A DNA stretch of 64,000 bases from an uncultured Actinomycetota bacterium. Its GTDB lineage: Bacteria > Actinomycetota > Actinomycetes > Propionibacteriales > Nocardioidaceae. The DNA lies in the NCBI GenBank assembly GCA_963747525.1, contig CAVVFH010000001.1, positions 754,647-818,646 of the forward strand, written 5' to 3'. Within the stretch, counting starts at the first letter, position 1. Every line of letters starts with the position of its first letter. The notes beneath the pieces were generated by a model. That model was not told the origin of the DNA. It saw nothing but the letters and a program-made list of their open reading frames with translations, and made no database searches. Shown here piece after piece: positions 32,440 to 41,481 of the stretch. The position numbers and the translations under genes were made by a program.

Positions 32440-32856
32440 CAAGGCCGGGTTCGGCCGGCCGAGCGATCCCGGCTGCGGCCGCGGAGCTCGGCGATGACGG
32501 CGCCGTCGGAGGGCCGGCGCACCGTGACGTCGTACACGCCGCTGCGGCCGCGCACCGCGCGCTCATGTGCGGTGGCCACCAGCTCGTCGCCCTCGCTGGG
32601 CCGGCTCGAGGAACGTCACGTCGAAGCCGGCGGCGACCGTGACGCTGCCGCGGGAGTTGCAGGCGACCGCGAAGGCGCTGTCGGCGAGGGAGGCGACGAG
32701 GCCGCCGTGGCAGAGCTCCCAGCCGTTGACCATGTCGGCGCGCACCGGCATCCGACACGACCGCCTCCCCGGGCGCGACGGAGACCAGCCCATGCCGAGC
32801 ACCCGGCTGGCCGCGTCGCCGGCCCACATCTCCTCCGCGCTGCGGCGGGCGACCAC
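32440..32856 (-). pseudogene. paaI: Phenylacetyl-CoA thioesterase PaaI, frameshifted; boundaries approximate
   Basis: MWAGDAASRVLG, MVNGWELCHGGLVASLADSAFAVACNS, then GRSGVYDVTV...AELRGRSR in another frame. Confidence 0.75.
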
Positions 32857-32890
32857 CGCGACGTCCTGACCGGCGTCCTGCGGCGCGGCC

Positions 32891-34015
32891 TCAGGCGTCG
32901 AAGTCCACGGTGACCGCGTCCTCGACCGGGTAGGACTGGCAGGTGAGGACGTAGCCGCGGGCCACCTCGTCCTCGTCGAGCGCGTAGTTGCGGCGCATGT
33001 CGACCGACCCCTCGGTCACCTGCGCCCGGCAGGTGCCGCACACCCCGCCCTTGCAGGCGAAGGGCAGGTCGCTGCGCTCCGTCGACGCGCCGTCGAGGAC
33101 GGCTGGATCCTTCGGCATCGGGCCGCGGTGGAGGTGCGGCCGTCCAGGACGATGCGTCACCGTGCTGACCTCCCCCTCGACGACCCGGTCGGGGCGGTGC
33201 AGCTCCGGCGGCGGCTCGTCGACGTAGAACAGCTCGACGTGCACCCGGGCGCGCGGGACGCCGAGCTCGTCGAGCACCGCGCGGGCGTCGCCGATCATGC
33301 CGAAGGGGCCGCAGATCCACACGTGGTCGACGCCGTGCACCGGCACGAGCGCTGTCAGCAGCCGCCGCAGCCGGTCGGCGTCCAGACGGCCGGAGAACAG
33401 CTCGACGTCGCGGGGCTCGCGGGAGAGCACGTGCACCAGCTCGAACCGGGTCCGGTGCCGGTTCTTGAGGTCGGCCAGCTCCTCGGCGAACATCACCGAG
33501 CCGCTGGTGCGGTTGCCGTAGACCAGGGTCACCGCCGACCCCGGCGTGCCGGAGCACGGTGGTGGCCACCGACAGCATCGGCGTGATGCCGGACCCGGCC
33601 GCGATGCACAGGTGCCGGCCGCCGGTCGTGGGCTCGCGGCCGGGTCTCCGGGACCGCGGAAGCCGCCCGCTCGGTGGCTGCACCTCGACGGCGTCACCGG
33701 GCGCGACCCCGCGCACCAGCCAGGAGGAGAAGAGCCCGTCGGGGATCTCCCGGACGCCGATGCGCGGCCGCGCGCCGACCGGCGCGCAGATCGAGTACGA
33801 CCGCCGGTGCTCCACCCCGTCGATCGTCCGGCGCAGGGTCAGCGACTGCCCGGCTCGGAAGGCGAACAGCCTCGCGCAGCTCCTCGGGAACCTCGAAGGT
33901 GATCGCGACCGAGTCGTCGGTGAGCCGCTCCACCGCGCCGACCGCAGCGCGTGGAAGGCGCCCACGTGCTGCGCGGCTCCCGGCGTGGCGCGGCCGGGGA
34001 GTCGGTGGCCGTCAT
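32891..34015 (-). pseudogene. paaE: Phenylacetyl-CoA epoxidase reductase subunit PaaE, several frameshifts
   Basis: ERLTDDSVAITF, RRSYSIC, AAGSGITP, LVYGNR, CGP, PFACKGGVCGTC, LTCQS split across frames. Confidence 0.85.
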
Positions 34016-34019
34016 GCCG

Positions 34020-34542
34020 TCAGATCTCCTTGACGTGCTCGAAGGGCTCGAGGCAGGTCGCTGCAGCGGTACATCGCCTTGCACGCCGTGGCTCCGAACT
34101 CCGAGACGAGCTCCGCGTCGGCGGGAGCCGCAGCGAGGGCAGGCCAGGGAGCGGCGCGGCGGGCCGAGGCGTCAGCGGAACCGGGCCGCTCGGGCCGAGG
34201 GGCGGGGCCCGGCGGGCGAGATGCCGTGCTCGCGCAGCGCCGCCGACCGCGCTCGGTGATCCAGTCGCTCGACCAGGGCAGGGCTCAGGCTGACGTCGAC
34301 CGTCACGTCGGTGAAGCCGTGGTCGCGCAGAGTGCGGACCAGGTCGTCGCGCATGGTCGCCATCGCCGGACAGCCGGAGTACGTCGGCGTGATGGTGACG
34401 ACGACGCGGCCGTCCGTCCTCCACCGCGACGTCGCGCAGCACGCCGAGGTCGTCCAGCGTCAGCATCGGCAGCTCGGGGTCGGTCACCGTGGCTGGCGAG
34501 GGCGCGTGCCTCCACCAGCCGGTCGCCGGTCGCGGTGCTCAC
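34020..34542 (-). pseudogene. paaD: Phenylacetyl-CoA epoxidase subunit PaaD, frameshifted
   Basis: VTDPELPMLTLDDLGVLR, ITPTYSGCPAMATM, CLEPFEHVKEI in different frames. Confidence 0.8.
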
Positions 34543-35471
34543 CACCGGCCCCTCGGGTGGGCGCGGGCGACCACCTGCATCTCGGCGAGCAGGCGGCCCA
34601 GCGCCTCGGTGTGCCGGCCGTCGCGGCCGAAGCCGCCGTTGACCGGTCCGCTCGGCGCGACCTCCGGTAGGTCGGCACCTCGCCGGCGGCGAGCACGTGG
34701 TCCAGGACCGCGTCGACCTCGTCGCGCACCGAGGCCGGGTCGACGCCGATCTCCTGGTCGGCGACGAGCCGCTCGGTCGGGTGGGTCCGGAAGAGCTCGT
34801 CGTGCAGGCGCCACGACCAGGTCGAGGCCCGGCCAGCAGGCGGCGGCGCGACTCCTCGGTGCCCAGGGCCAGGGTGCGGAACCAGCGCGCCGCGTAGTCG
34901 CGGTGGTAGGTCGAGCTCCTTGACGGCCTTCGCCGCGATGGCGGACAGCACCTGGTCGCGGCTGGCGACCAGGCGCTGCATCAGCGCCAGCCGGTGGGTG
35001 GAGAAGACCAGCAGCCGCGCCGTCGTCACAGCGAAGTCACCGTTGTCCGGCTCGACGAACCGCATGTTGCGGAAGGCGATCTCGTCGCGGAAGAACGCCA
35101 GGGCGTCCTCCGCGGGCACCGGGCGAGCCCGCCGGCATCGCCGGCACGACACCGGGGTCGGCCGCCGCCGCGCGGGCCAGCAGCAGCCGGGCCTGGCCGA
35201 GCAGGTCGAGCGCGACGTTGGCCAGCGCGATGTCCTCCTCGAGGTCGGGGGCGCGGCTGGTCCACTCCGACAGGCGGTGGGAGTAGACCAGGGCGTCGTC
35301 GCCGAGCATGAGGCAGTACGCCGCGAGGGCGCTCGCGTCGACGCCGTCGGGGATGGTGGTGTCCACCCCGGCCAGCGGGTCCTCGAAGTCGGTGCCGAAG
35401 GCCCAGTGGGTGTCCTGGCCGCCGACCAGGGCGTCGTACACGGACTCGGTGTCGGTCATCGGCGCGCTCAC
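34539..35471 (-). pseudogene. paaC: Phenylacetyl-CoA epoxidase subunit PaaC, frameshifted
   Basis: LGDDALVYSHRLSEW, EEDIALANVALDLLGQAR, EDALAFFRD, AIAAKAVKE, HTEALGRLLAEMQ. Confidence 0.85.
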
Positions 35472-35761
35472 ATGTGGGGGACGTCGTCGGGGATGTCGTA
35501 GAACGTCGGGTGCCGGTAGACCTTGTCGCCCGACGGCGCGAAGAGCGGGTCCTTCTCGTCCGGGCTGGAGGCGGCGATCGCGTCCGAGCGGACCGCCCAG
35601 ATGCTGACGCCCTCGTTGCGCCGGGTGTAGACGTCACGCGCGTGCCGCAGCGCCATCTCGTCGTCGGCGGCGTGCAGGGACCCGACGTGGACGTGGTTCA
35701 GCCCGCGCTTGGCGCGCACGAAGATCTCGTAGAGGGGCCACTCGTCCCTGATCTCGGCCAT
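35468..35761 (-). CDS. paaB: Phenylacetyl-CoA epoxidase subunit PaaB
   Basis: WPLYEIFVR, HVGSLHAAD, ARDVYTRRNEGVSIW, KVYRHPTFY. Confidence 0.95.
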   Translation of the reverse strand: MAEIRDEWPLYEIFVRAKRGLNHVHVGSLHAADDEMALRHARDVYTRRNEGVSIWAVRSDAIAASSPDEKDPLFAPSGDKVYRHPTFYDIPDDVPHM

Positions 35762-36711
35762 CAGCCCGCCGTCCTCTCCGCGAAGGCGGCGGCGGCCTCG
35801 CGAACCCAGGCGCCGTTCTCGTGCGCGGCGCGGCGGTGCGCGATCCGCTCGGCGTTGCACGGGCCGGCGCCGTGGACGACGGCCCTGAACTCCTCCCAGT
35901 CGGGCTGGCCGAAGTCGTGGTGGCCGCGCTCCTCGTCCCACCGCAGCTCGGGGTCTGGCAGCGTCACCCCGAGCGCCTCCGCCTGGGGGACGGTCATGTC
36001 CACGAACTTCTGCCGCAGCTCGTCGTTGGTGTCGCGCTTGATGCCCCACGCCATCGACTGCTCGGTGTTCGGGGAGTCGGCGTCGGGCGGGCCGAACATC
36101 ATCAACGCCGGCCACCAGAAGCGGTCGACCGACTCCTGGACCATGGCGCGCTGCTCGTCGGTGCCGCGCATCATCGCCGCCAGCAGCTCGTAGCCCTGGC
36201 GCTGGTGGAACGACTCCTCCTTGCAGATCCGGATCATCGACCGCCCGTAGGGGCCGTAGGAGGTGCGGCACAACGGCACCTGGTTGCAGATCGCGGCGCC
36301 GTCCACCAGCCAGCCGATGGTGCCGACGTCGGCGTACGACAGCGTCGGGTAGTTGAAGATCGAGGAGTACTTCTGCCGACCGGTCAGCAGCTTCTCGGTC
36401 AGCTCGCGGCGGCTGACGCCGAGGGTCTCGCAGGCGGAGTAGAGGTAGAGCCCGTGGCCTGCCTCGTCCTGGACCTTCGCAAGCAGGATCGCCCTGCGGC
36501 GCAGGGAGGGGGCGCGGGTGATCCAGTTGCCCTCCGGCTGCATGCCGATGATCTCCGAGTGCGCGTGCTGGGCGATCTGGCGGACCAGGGTGGCGCGGTA
36601 CTTCTCCGGCATCCAGTCGCGTGGCTCGATGCGGTCGTGCCGGGCGATCGTCGCGTCGAAGCGGGCCAGCAGGTCAGGCTCGGTCTCCGGGGTCACAGCG
36701 GTGCCGATCAT
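35761..36711 (-). CDS. paaA: Phenylacetyl-CoA epoxidase catalytic subunit PaaA
   Basis: [39 protein letters not shown]. Confidence 0.95.
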   Translation of the reverse strand: MIGTAVTPETEPDLLARFDATIARHDRIEPRDWMPEKYRATLVRQIAQHAHSEIIGMQPEGNWITRAPSLRRRAILLAKVQDEAGHGLYLYSACETLGVSRRELTEKLLTGRQKYSSIFNYPTLSYADVGTIGWLVDGAAICNQVPLCRTSYGPYGRSMIRICKEESFHQRQGYELLAAMMRGTDEQRAMVQESVDRFWWPALMMFGPPDADSPNTEQSMAWGIKRDTNDELRQKFVDMTVPQAEALGVTLPDPELRWDEERGHHDFGQPDWEEFRAVVHGAGPCNAERIAHRRAAHENGAWVREAAAAFAERTAG

Positions 36712-36732
36712 CGGTCCTCCCGGGCGCGGCGG

Positions 36733-36754
36733 ATTAACAGACCGTTCGGTCAGT
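36733..36754. promoter_or_regulatory. Probable PaaR operator
   Basis: ATTAACAGACCGTTCGGTCAGT imperfect palindrome, 21 bp upstream of paaA; resembles the actinobacterial PaaR motif ACTNACCGNNCGNNCGGTNAGT as recalled. Confidence 0.7.
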
Positions 36755-36822
36755 AAGTCACCACTGTGACACGCGTCACCGCGTCAGGCAAGGCCCGGTC
36801 ACCGCTGCCGTCACCCCCGCGG

Positions 36823-37686
36823 TCACCGCCACAGCGAGTCCCGCATCCAGCCCGCCGCGGGCGTCCTGACGTGCCGCAGCAGACGGACCAGGAGTACGCC
36901 GGCGGCCGCCGCGATCACCGCCCACAGCGCGGTCTCGAACGGGTCGGCGTCCTCGGCGAAGAGCAGGTTCATCGAGAGCAGCGCGAGCCCCAGCGTCACG
37001 ACCTTGGTCAGCACGACCGCCCCCAGCACGACGCCCGTCGGGCGCCTCCGGAGCAGCATGACCCCGGTCGCGACGACCAACGGCAGCACCATCGACAGGT
37101 CGAGGACGTGCACCGGGCTGGCGATGTCGTAGGTGACCCTGCCCGCCGGCAGATCTCCGGGGATGGCCGGGAGCAGCATCGCGAGCCACAGCCCGACGAA
37201 GAGCACGCCCACGCCGACCAGGAAGCCGCCGGTGCCGCGGCTGTCCCCGGCGTCGACGCTGCGGCCGACGACGTCGATGTCGAGGCGGAGCAGCCCGTCC
37301 AGCAGCCCGAACACCGACAGACCCAGGATGCCGACGTAGAGCAGGAACGCGTCGTTGTAGGGCGACACCGCGTAGATGAGATAGCTGTAGCCGTAGTAGA
37401 GGAGCAGCCCCAGGCTGAGCAGATGACCGGCGAGCCAGCCCTGCCGCGCCCGGTGGGTGAGCCACACGAACACCGGGATCGTCAGCAGCGTGAGCACGTC
37501 CTGCCCGCGCATGACGTCGGCGAAGTCGGCGCGGATGCCCTCCGAGACCCGATAGGCGCCGTCGACCAGCAGGCCGTAGGCCGTGGCACCGGCGAGCAGA
37601 GCAGCCAGCAGGTCGTCGTACCAGCCGGGCAACGGGCCGCGCGACCCGGTCCGGGCCTCCGGGACGTGGAGTGTGTGGGTGCTCAT
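36823..37686 (-). CDS. Multi-pass membrane protein of unknown function
   Basis: About 7-8 hydrophobic segments; GQDVLTL and VHVLDL motifs; GAGGAGG RBS. Confidence 0.7.
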   Translation of the reverse strand: MSTHTLHVPEARTGSRGPLPGWYDDLLAALLAGATAYGLLVDGAYRVSEGIRADFADVMRGQDVLTLLTIPVFVWLTHRARQGWLAGHLLSLGLLLYYGYSYLIYAVSPYNDAFLLYVGILGLSVFGLLDGLLRLDIDVVGRSVDAGDSRGTGGFLVGVGVLFVGLWLAMLLPAIPGDLPAGRVTYDIASPVHVLDLSMVLPLVVATGVMLLRRRPTGVVLGAVVLTKVVTLGLALLSMNLLFAEDADPFETALWAVIAAAAGVLLVRLLRHVRTPAAGWMRDSLWR

Positions 37687-37778
37687 GTCCACCTCCTCGT
37701 CACACCAGTGAGCGACACTTCTCACTGTCACTCCGGCCGACGGCGACGCGGTAGGGACCTTCGCCCGGGCGTGGAAGG

Positions 37779-38474
37779 TCAGCCGGACATGTCCCGGTAG
37801 CGGCGCGACGACGCGGCGGCCGCGGCCACCTCCGCGGCGGATGCGGGCCTCGGACCCTTGCTCCAGTCGTCGGCGTCGGCGGCATACATGACGCCGTAGG
37901 CGGCGGTGTCCCGCTGGGTGCGCCAGCCCTCGGCAAGCGGCCCCAGGTCGACTGTGTCGTAGCCGATCTCGTCCAGCAGCCGGGCGACCAGCGCCTTGGA
38001 CTCGGGGTCGTCACCGGCGATCGCCAGGGCGCTGCGGTCCGGCGACCCGGCCGGTCGCGGCAGCGAGGCCAGGTGACCGAAGAAGATGTTGTTGAACGCC
38101 TTGACCACCCGCGCGTCCGGCAGGTGCGCCTGCAGGAGCTCTGACGTCGTCGTGGACTCGTCGTCGAGCTCGGCGACGTGCCCGTCGCGCTGCGGGTAGT
38201 AGTTCATCGTGTCGATGACGACCTTGCCGCGCAGCTCGTCGACCGGCACGTCGCGGTAGCCCTTCAGCGGGATGGTCACGACCACCACGTCGCCCGCAGC
38301 TGCGGCCTCCCCCGCGGTCGCCGCCCGCGCCCGCGGGCCCAGCTCGGCGACGAGGTCCGCCAGCGTCTCCGGCCCTCTGCTGTTGCTCATCACCACGTCG
38401 TGCCCCGCGTCCAGCGCGAGCCGCGCCACGGTGCTGCCGATGTTCCCGCTGCCGATGAAGCCCCATGTCGTCAT
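37779..38474 (-). CDS. NADPH-dependent F420 reductase-like dinucleotide-binding oxidoreductase
   Basis: GFIGSGNIG, SNSRGPE, IDTMNYYPQRDG, VVKAFNNI. Confidence 0.85.
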   Translation of the reverse strand: MTTWGFIGSGNIGSTVARLALDAGHDVVMSNSRGPETLADLVAELGPRARAATAGEAAAAGDVVVVTIPLKGYRDVPVDELRGKVVIDTMNYYPQRDGHVAELDDESTTTSELLQAHLPDARVVKAFNNIFFGHLASLPRPAGSPDRSALAIAGDDPESKALVARLLDEIGYDTVDLGPLAEGWRTQRDTAAYGVMYAADADDWSKGPRPASAAEVAAAAASSRRYRDMSG

Positions 38475-38523
38475 ACCCGCTCCAACCCACGGACCGGCGG
38501 CGGCATTCCGTCATACTGGGGAG

Positions 38524-38913
38524 ATGAGCGCGTTCTCGGCGTCCTCGGCAGGCGCGGCACCGCCGGGCGACTCGTCACGGTGGTTGACGGACATCCACGG
38601 ACCCCTGCACCGGATCGGCATCATGGACCCGCTGTGCGGCGGGACGCGCGCGGCACGGCTGACGGCCCAGGGCCACCTGGCACAGGCCTGGCAGTACAAC
38701 CCCCTCGGGATCCTGACGGTCGTCGGCGGCGGTCTCGCCGTGGCCCGCGCGGCGCTCGGCGTGACGACCCGCCGGTGGTTGTCGTGGGCGATCCGCTGGA
38801 CCCCGCGGCGCAAGGCGATCGCCGCGTTCGTGCTGCTCGCACTGGTGGCGTGGCTGGAGGTCCGCCAGCAGATGCGCGCCGACCTGCTCATCGCCGACAC
38901 CTGGACGTTCTGA
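38524..38913 (+). CDS. DUF2752-like membrane protein, probably 5'-truncated
   Basis: GIMDPLCGGTRA...AWQYNPLG followed by two TM segments. Confidence 0.6.
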   Translation: MSAFSASSAGAAPPGDSSRWLTDIHGPLHRIGIMDPLCGGTRAARLTAQGHLAQAWQYNPLGILTVVGGGLAVARAALGVTTRRWLSWAIRWTPRRKAIAAFVLLALVAWLEVRQQMRADLLIADTWTF

Positions 38914-38924
38914 CCGGAGGCACC

Positions 38925-39055
38925 ATGCCGAAGGACCGCTACCGCATCTCGGCCCGCAGGCCGAGCTGCGACCGCTGGACGGCGAGCGGCTGCCTTTCGA
39001 CGACGGGTACGCCGACCTGGTGCTGATCTCACTGGTGCTGCACTCGCACTGCGCC
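38925..39055 (+). pseudogene. Class I methyltransferase relic
   Basis: RBS and ATG at 38925, then a frame reading DGERLPFDDGYADLVLISLVLH (methyltransferase post-motif II region); no motif I. Confidence 0.45.
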
Positions 39056-39151
39056 CTCCGCACGGGTGGCGGAACCGGGCGTTCACGGTCGCCGCGCTGA
39101 CCATCGGCACCAACAAGCCCACCGCCGGCGGCAACATCGATCTCGCCGTCC

Positions 39152-39229
39152 TCACCTGAGCCGGCGCCCACCCGATGGCCAGGACGCGGTGCCTGCGGCG
39201 GTCCGCGCCCGGTGGAACCAGCGCACCAT
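39152..39229 (-). pseudogene. Relic of the 3'-5' exonuclease (DnaQ-like) partner of the DUF294 gene
   Basis: TGATG-coupled start MVRWFHRAR, then out-of-frame HRVLAIGW; the catalytic DxETTG segment is missing. Confidence 0.45.
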
Positions 39230-41085
39230 CAGCTGAAGCCCGGCGCGAGCCGGTGCCCCATCTGCTGCTGCACCGAGCGGACGATGGCGAAGGCGTCCTT
39301 GAGGTGCCGCCGCTGGTGACCGGTGAGGTCCGCCGGGGCGAGGTGGTTGTCGGGGGTGGTCCCGGCCCGGCACTGCTCGACCTGGTGGCGCAGCCGCCAG
39401 TACGACATCAGCTCGAGCGCGTCGCGCAGGTCCGCGGCCGTGTCGGCGTCGAGGATGCCGTCGGCGTGGGCGGCAGTGAGGCGGTCGCGCGTCGACAGCG
39501 CCGGGGAGCCGGTCCGCAGCGCGTACACCCGCGCGAGCTGGACGACCGCGCTGATGCCCCGCTTGATGTCGAAGGTCTGCCGGTGCTCCCCCTCGTCGTC
39601 GAGCAGGAACCCGCGGAAGAAGCCCAGCGGCGGCCGCATCCGGACGGCTTGCCCGCTCAGGTGGCCGAGAAGGCGCTGCGACACCGCGGACGTGGACGCG
39701 TCCCGCACCGCGTGGGTCAGCTGCGGGTCGCCGGAGAGGTGCCTCAGGTCGTAGGAGATGGCGACGTCGAGCACCGCCTGGGGCTCGGGCTCCCTCGACC
39801 AGGTGGCGAGCTGCCGTCGCCAGTCGTCCAGCGTGACCCGCCACCGCGGGTTGGTGGCCATCACCCCACCCGGGCAGCGCGGCCAGCCCACCTCCTCCAG
39901 GAGCTCGGTGGCCCGGCCGGCCAGCTGCGCGAACCACTCGTCATGGCCGGGCTCGGCGACGACGAGAGCGTGGTCCTGGTCGGCCGACAGGGCCTCCTCC
40001 TCGCGCGCGACGGAACCAAGCACCACCCAGCTGTAGGGAACGGGCGCCGGCCCGAGCTCCTGCTCCACGAGGGCGACCACCCTCCGCCGCGCCGCGTCGC
40101 CGACGGCAGTCACGACCCGGGTGATGTCGGCGGCCGACACGTCGCGGTCCACGAGGTCGGCCAGCACGGTGGGGATGCGTCGGGCGAGCTCCACCACCCC
40201 GTCCAGGCTGGTCTGGCGGGCGAGGTCCGTGGCCAGGTGGACCGGGTTCGAGCTCTCCACGCGGAGCAGGTCCGTGGTCGTCACCACCCCGGCGGCTCCG
40301 CCGTGCCCGTCGACCACCGGCAGGTGGTGGATGCCGCGACTCACCATCTCGAGCATCGCCTCCAGCGCGGACGCGTCGGCCCGCACCGTGACCGCCGGTG
40401 CCGTCATCACCTCGCTGACGGGCCGCCGAGGGTCGAGACCCGCGGCCAGGACGCGGTTGCGCAGGTCCCGGTCGGTGACGATGCCCCGGACCGCTGCGCC
40501 GTCGACGACCAGGACACAGGAGACCCCCGCACGGGACATCGTTGCGGCGGCCTCGGCGACGGTCGCGTCCGGGGCACTGGTCACCGGCTCCCGTGACACC
40601 AGGTCGCGGACCAGGCCGCTGAGCACCGTCCGCCCGGAAGCTGCCTGCTGCAGGTTGGCGATCGCCCGCGAGAGCCGGTCGTGGTGGGTGGCGGCGTAGA
40701 AGCTCAGGAACGCCGGGTGCTCCCGGGCGACGACGTCGAACGACTCCCGACCCAGGACGAGGAGCAGCGTGTCCTCCGTCGCGGTGCAGCAGTGCCGCGT
40801 CGGGCGGTGCTCGAGCAGCGAGCTCATCCCGAAGGACCCCCCGGGGCCGACTCGCTCGATCAGGCCGCCGGCCTCGTCCAGCACGTCGACCGAGCCGGAC
40901 CGGACGACGTACAGCCCTGCGCCGACCTCACCGGTGTCGAGCACCACCGTGCCGCGCCGGGCATTGCGGAGCGTGCAGGCCCGCGGGAGCCTCTCGAGGA
41001 CCTCCGGCGGGAGCGTGTCGAACGGCGCCTGCTCGGCGAGGAAGTCCCGGACCTCCTCCTGCAGCTCGACATCCATGGTGCCCAT
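39229..41085 (-). CDS. cNMP-binding / CBS / DUF294 nucleotidyltransferase-like protein
   Basis: LYVVRSGSV (cNMP), GIVTDRDLRNRV and IHHLPVV (CBS), LGSVAREE...DQDHAL, CPGGVMATNPRW, PPLGFFRGF, DIKRG. Confidence 0.9.
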   Translation of the reverse strand: MGTMDVELQEEVRDFLAEQAPFDTLPPEVLERLPRACTLRNARRGTVVLDTGEVGAGLYVVRSGSVDVLDEAGGLIERVGPGGSFGMSSLLEHRPTRHCCTATEDTLLLVLGRESFDVVAREHPAFLSFYAATHHDRLSRAIANLQQAASGRTVLSGLVRDLVSREPVTSAPDATVAEAAATMSRAGVSCVLVVDGAAVRGIVTDRDLRNRVLAAGLDPRRPVSEVMTAPAVTVRADASALEAMLEMVSRGIHHLPVVDGHGGAAGVVTTTDLLRVESSNPVHLATDLARQTSLDGVVELARRIPTVLADLVDRDVSAADITRVVTAVGDAARRRVVALVEQELGPAPVPYSWVVLGSVAREEEALSADQDHALVVAEPGHDEWFAQLAGRATELLEEVGWPRCPGGVMATNPRWRVTLDDWRRQLATWSREPEPQAVLDVAISYDLRHLSGDPQLTHAVRDASTSAVSQRLLGHLSGQAVRMRPPLGFFRGFLLDDEGEHRQTFDIKRGISAVVQLARVYALRTGSPALSTRDRLTAAHADGILDADTAADLRDALELMSYWRLRHQVEQCRAGTTPDNHLAPADLTGHQRRHLKDAFAIVRSVQQQMGHRLAPGFS

Positions 41086-41100
41086 CGTGGCACCATCCGG

Positions 41101-41397
41101 TCAGCCGACCTCGACGATCGCGTCCTCGGCGGGCACCTTCGCCGACACGGCCTCGTGGACCGCGTCCTCGAGGACGGCCTTGTAGGTGGTGGGCCCGACG
41201 TCCTCGGGGCAGGTGGCGGTGATCGTGGCGGTCACGGTCACCGTGGGGGACCTGCGCCGCCGACAGCGCGGACAGGCCTCGACCTGCTTCAGGAGCCGTG
41301 CGTGCTCAGGACTGTGGAAGCCGCGGTCTCCGCCGCGGAGGCCGGCCAGGCCCAGCCGGAGCATCGCCAGCTCGTGGCGCAGACAGATCGTGCTCAC
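41101..41397 (-). CDS. Hypothetical small protein with a CPRC motif
   Basis: 98-aa ORF with GGAGG upstream; fills the gap between neighbours. Confidence 0.5.
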   Translation of the reverse strand: MSTICLRHELAMLRLGLAGLRGGDRGFHSPEHARLLKQVEACPRCRRRRSPTVTVTATITATCPEDVGPTTYKAVLEDAVHEAVSAKVPAEDAIVEVG

Positions 41398-41481
41398 CTC
41401 GGGTGCCTCCCGTGTCGCTCGGATGCTCCCTCCCCCGCACGGGACCATACCGGCGGTAGGTGAACGGGGGGCCAAGCGGCC

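Noticed and set aside
32040-35150. Programmed frameshifting in paa genes
   Set aside because: Too many shifts in both directions with no slippery heptamers; error or decay is more parsimonious.
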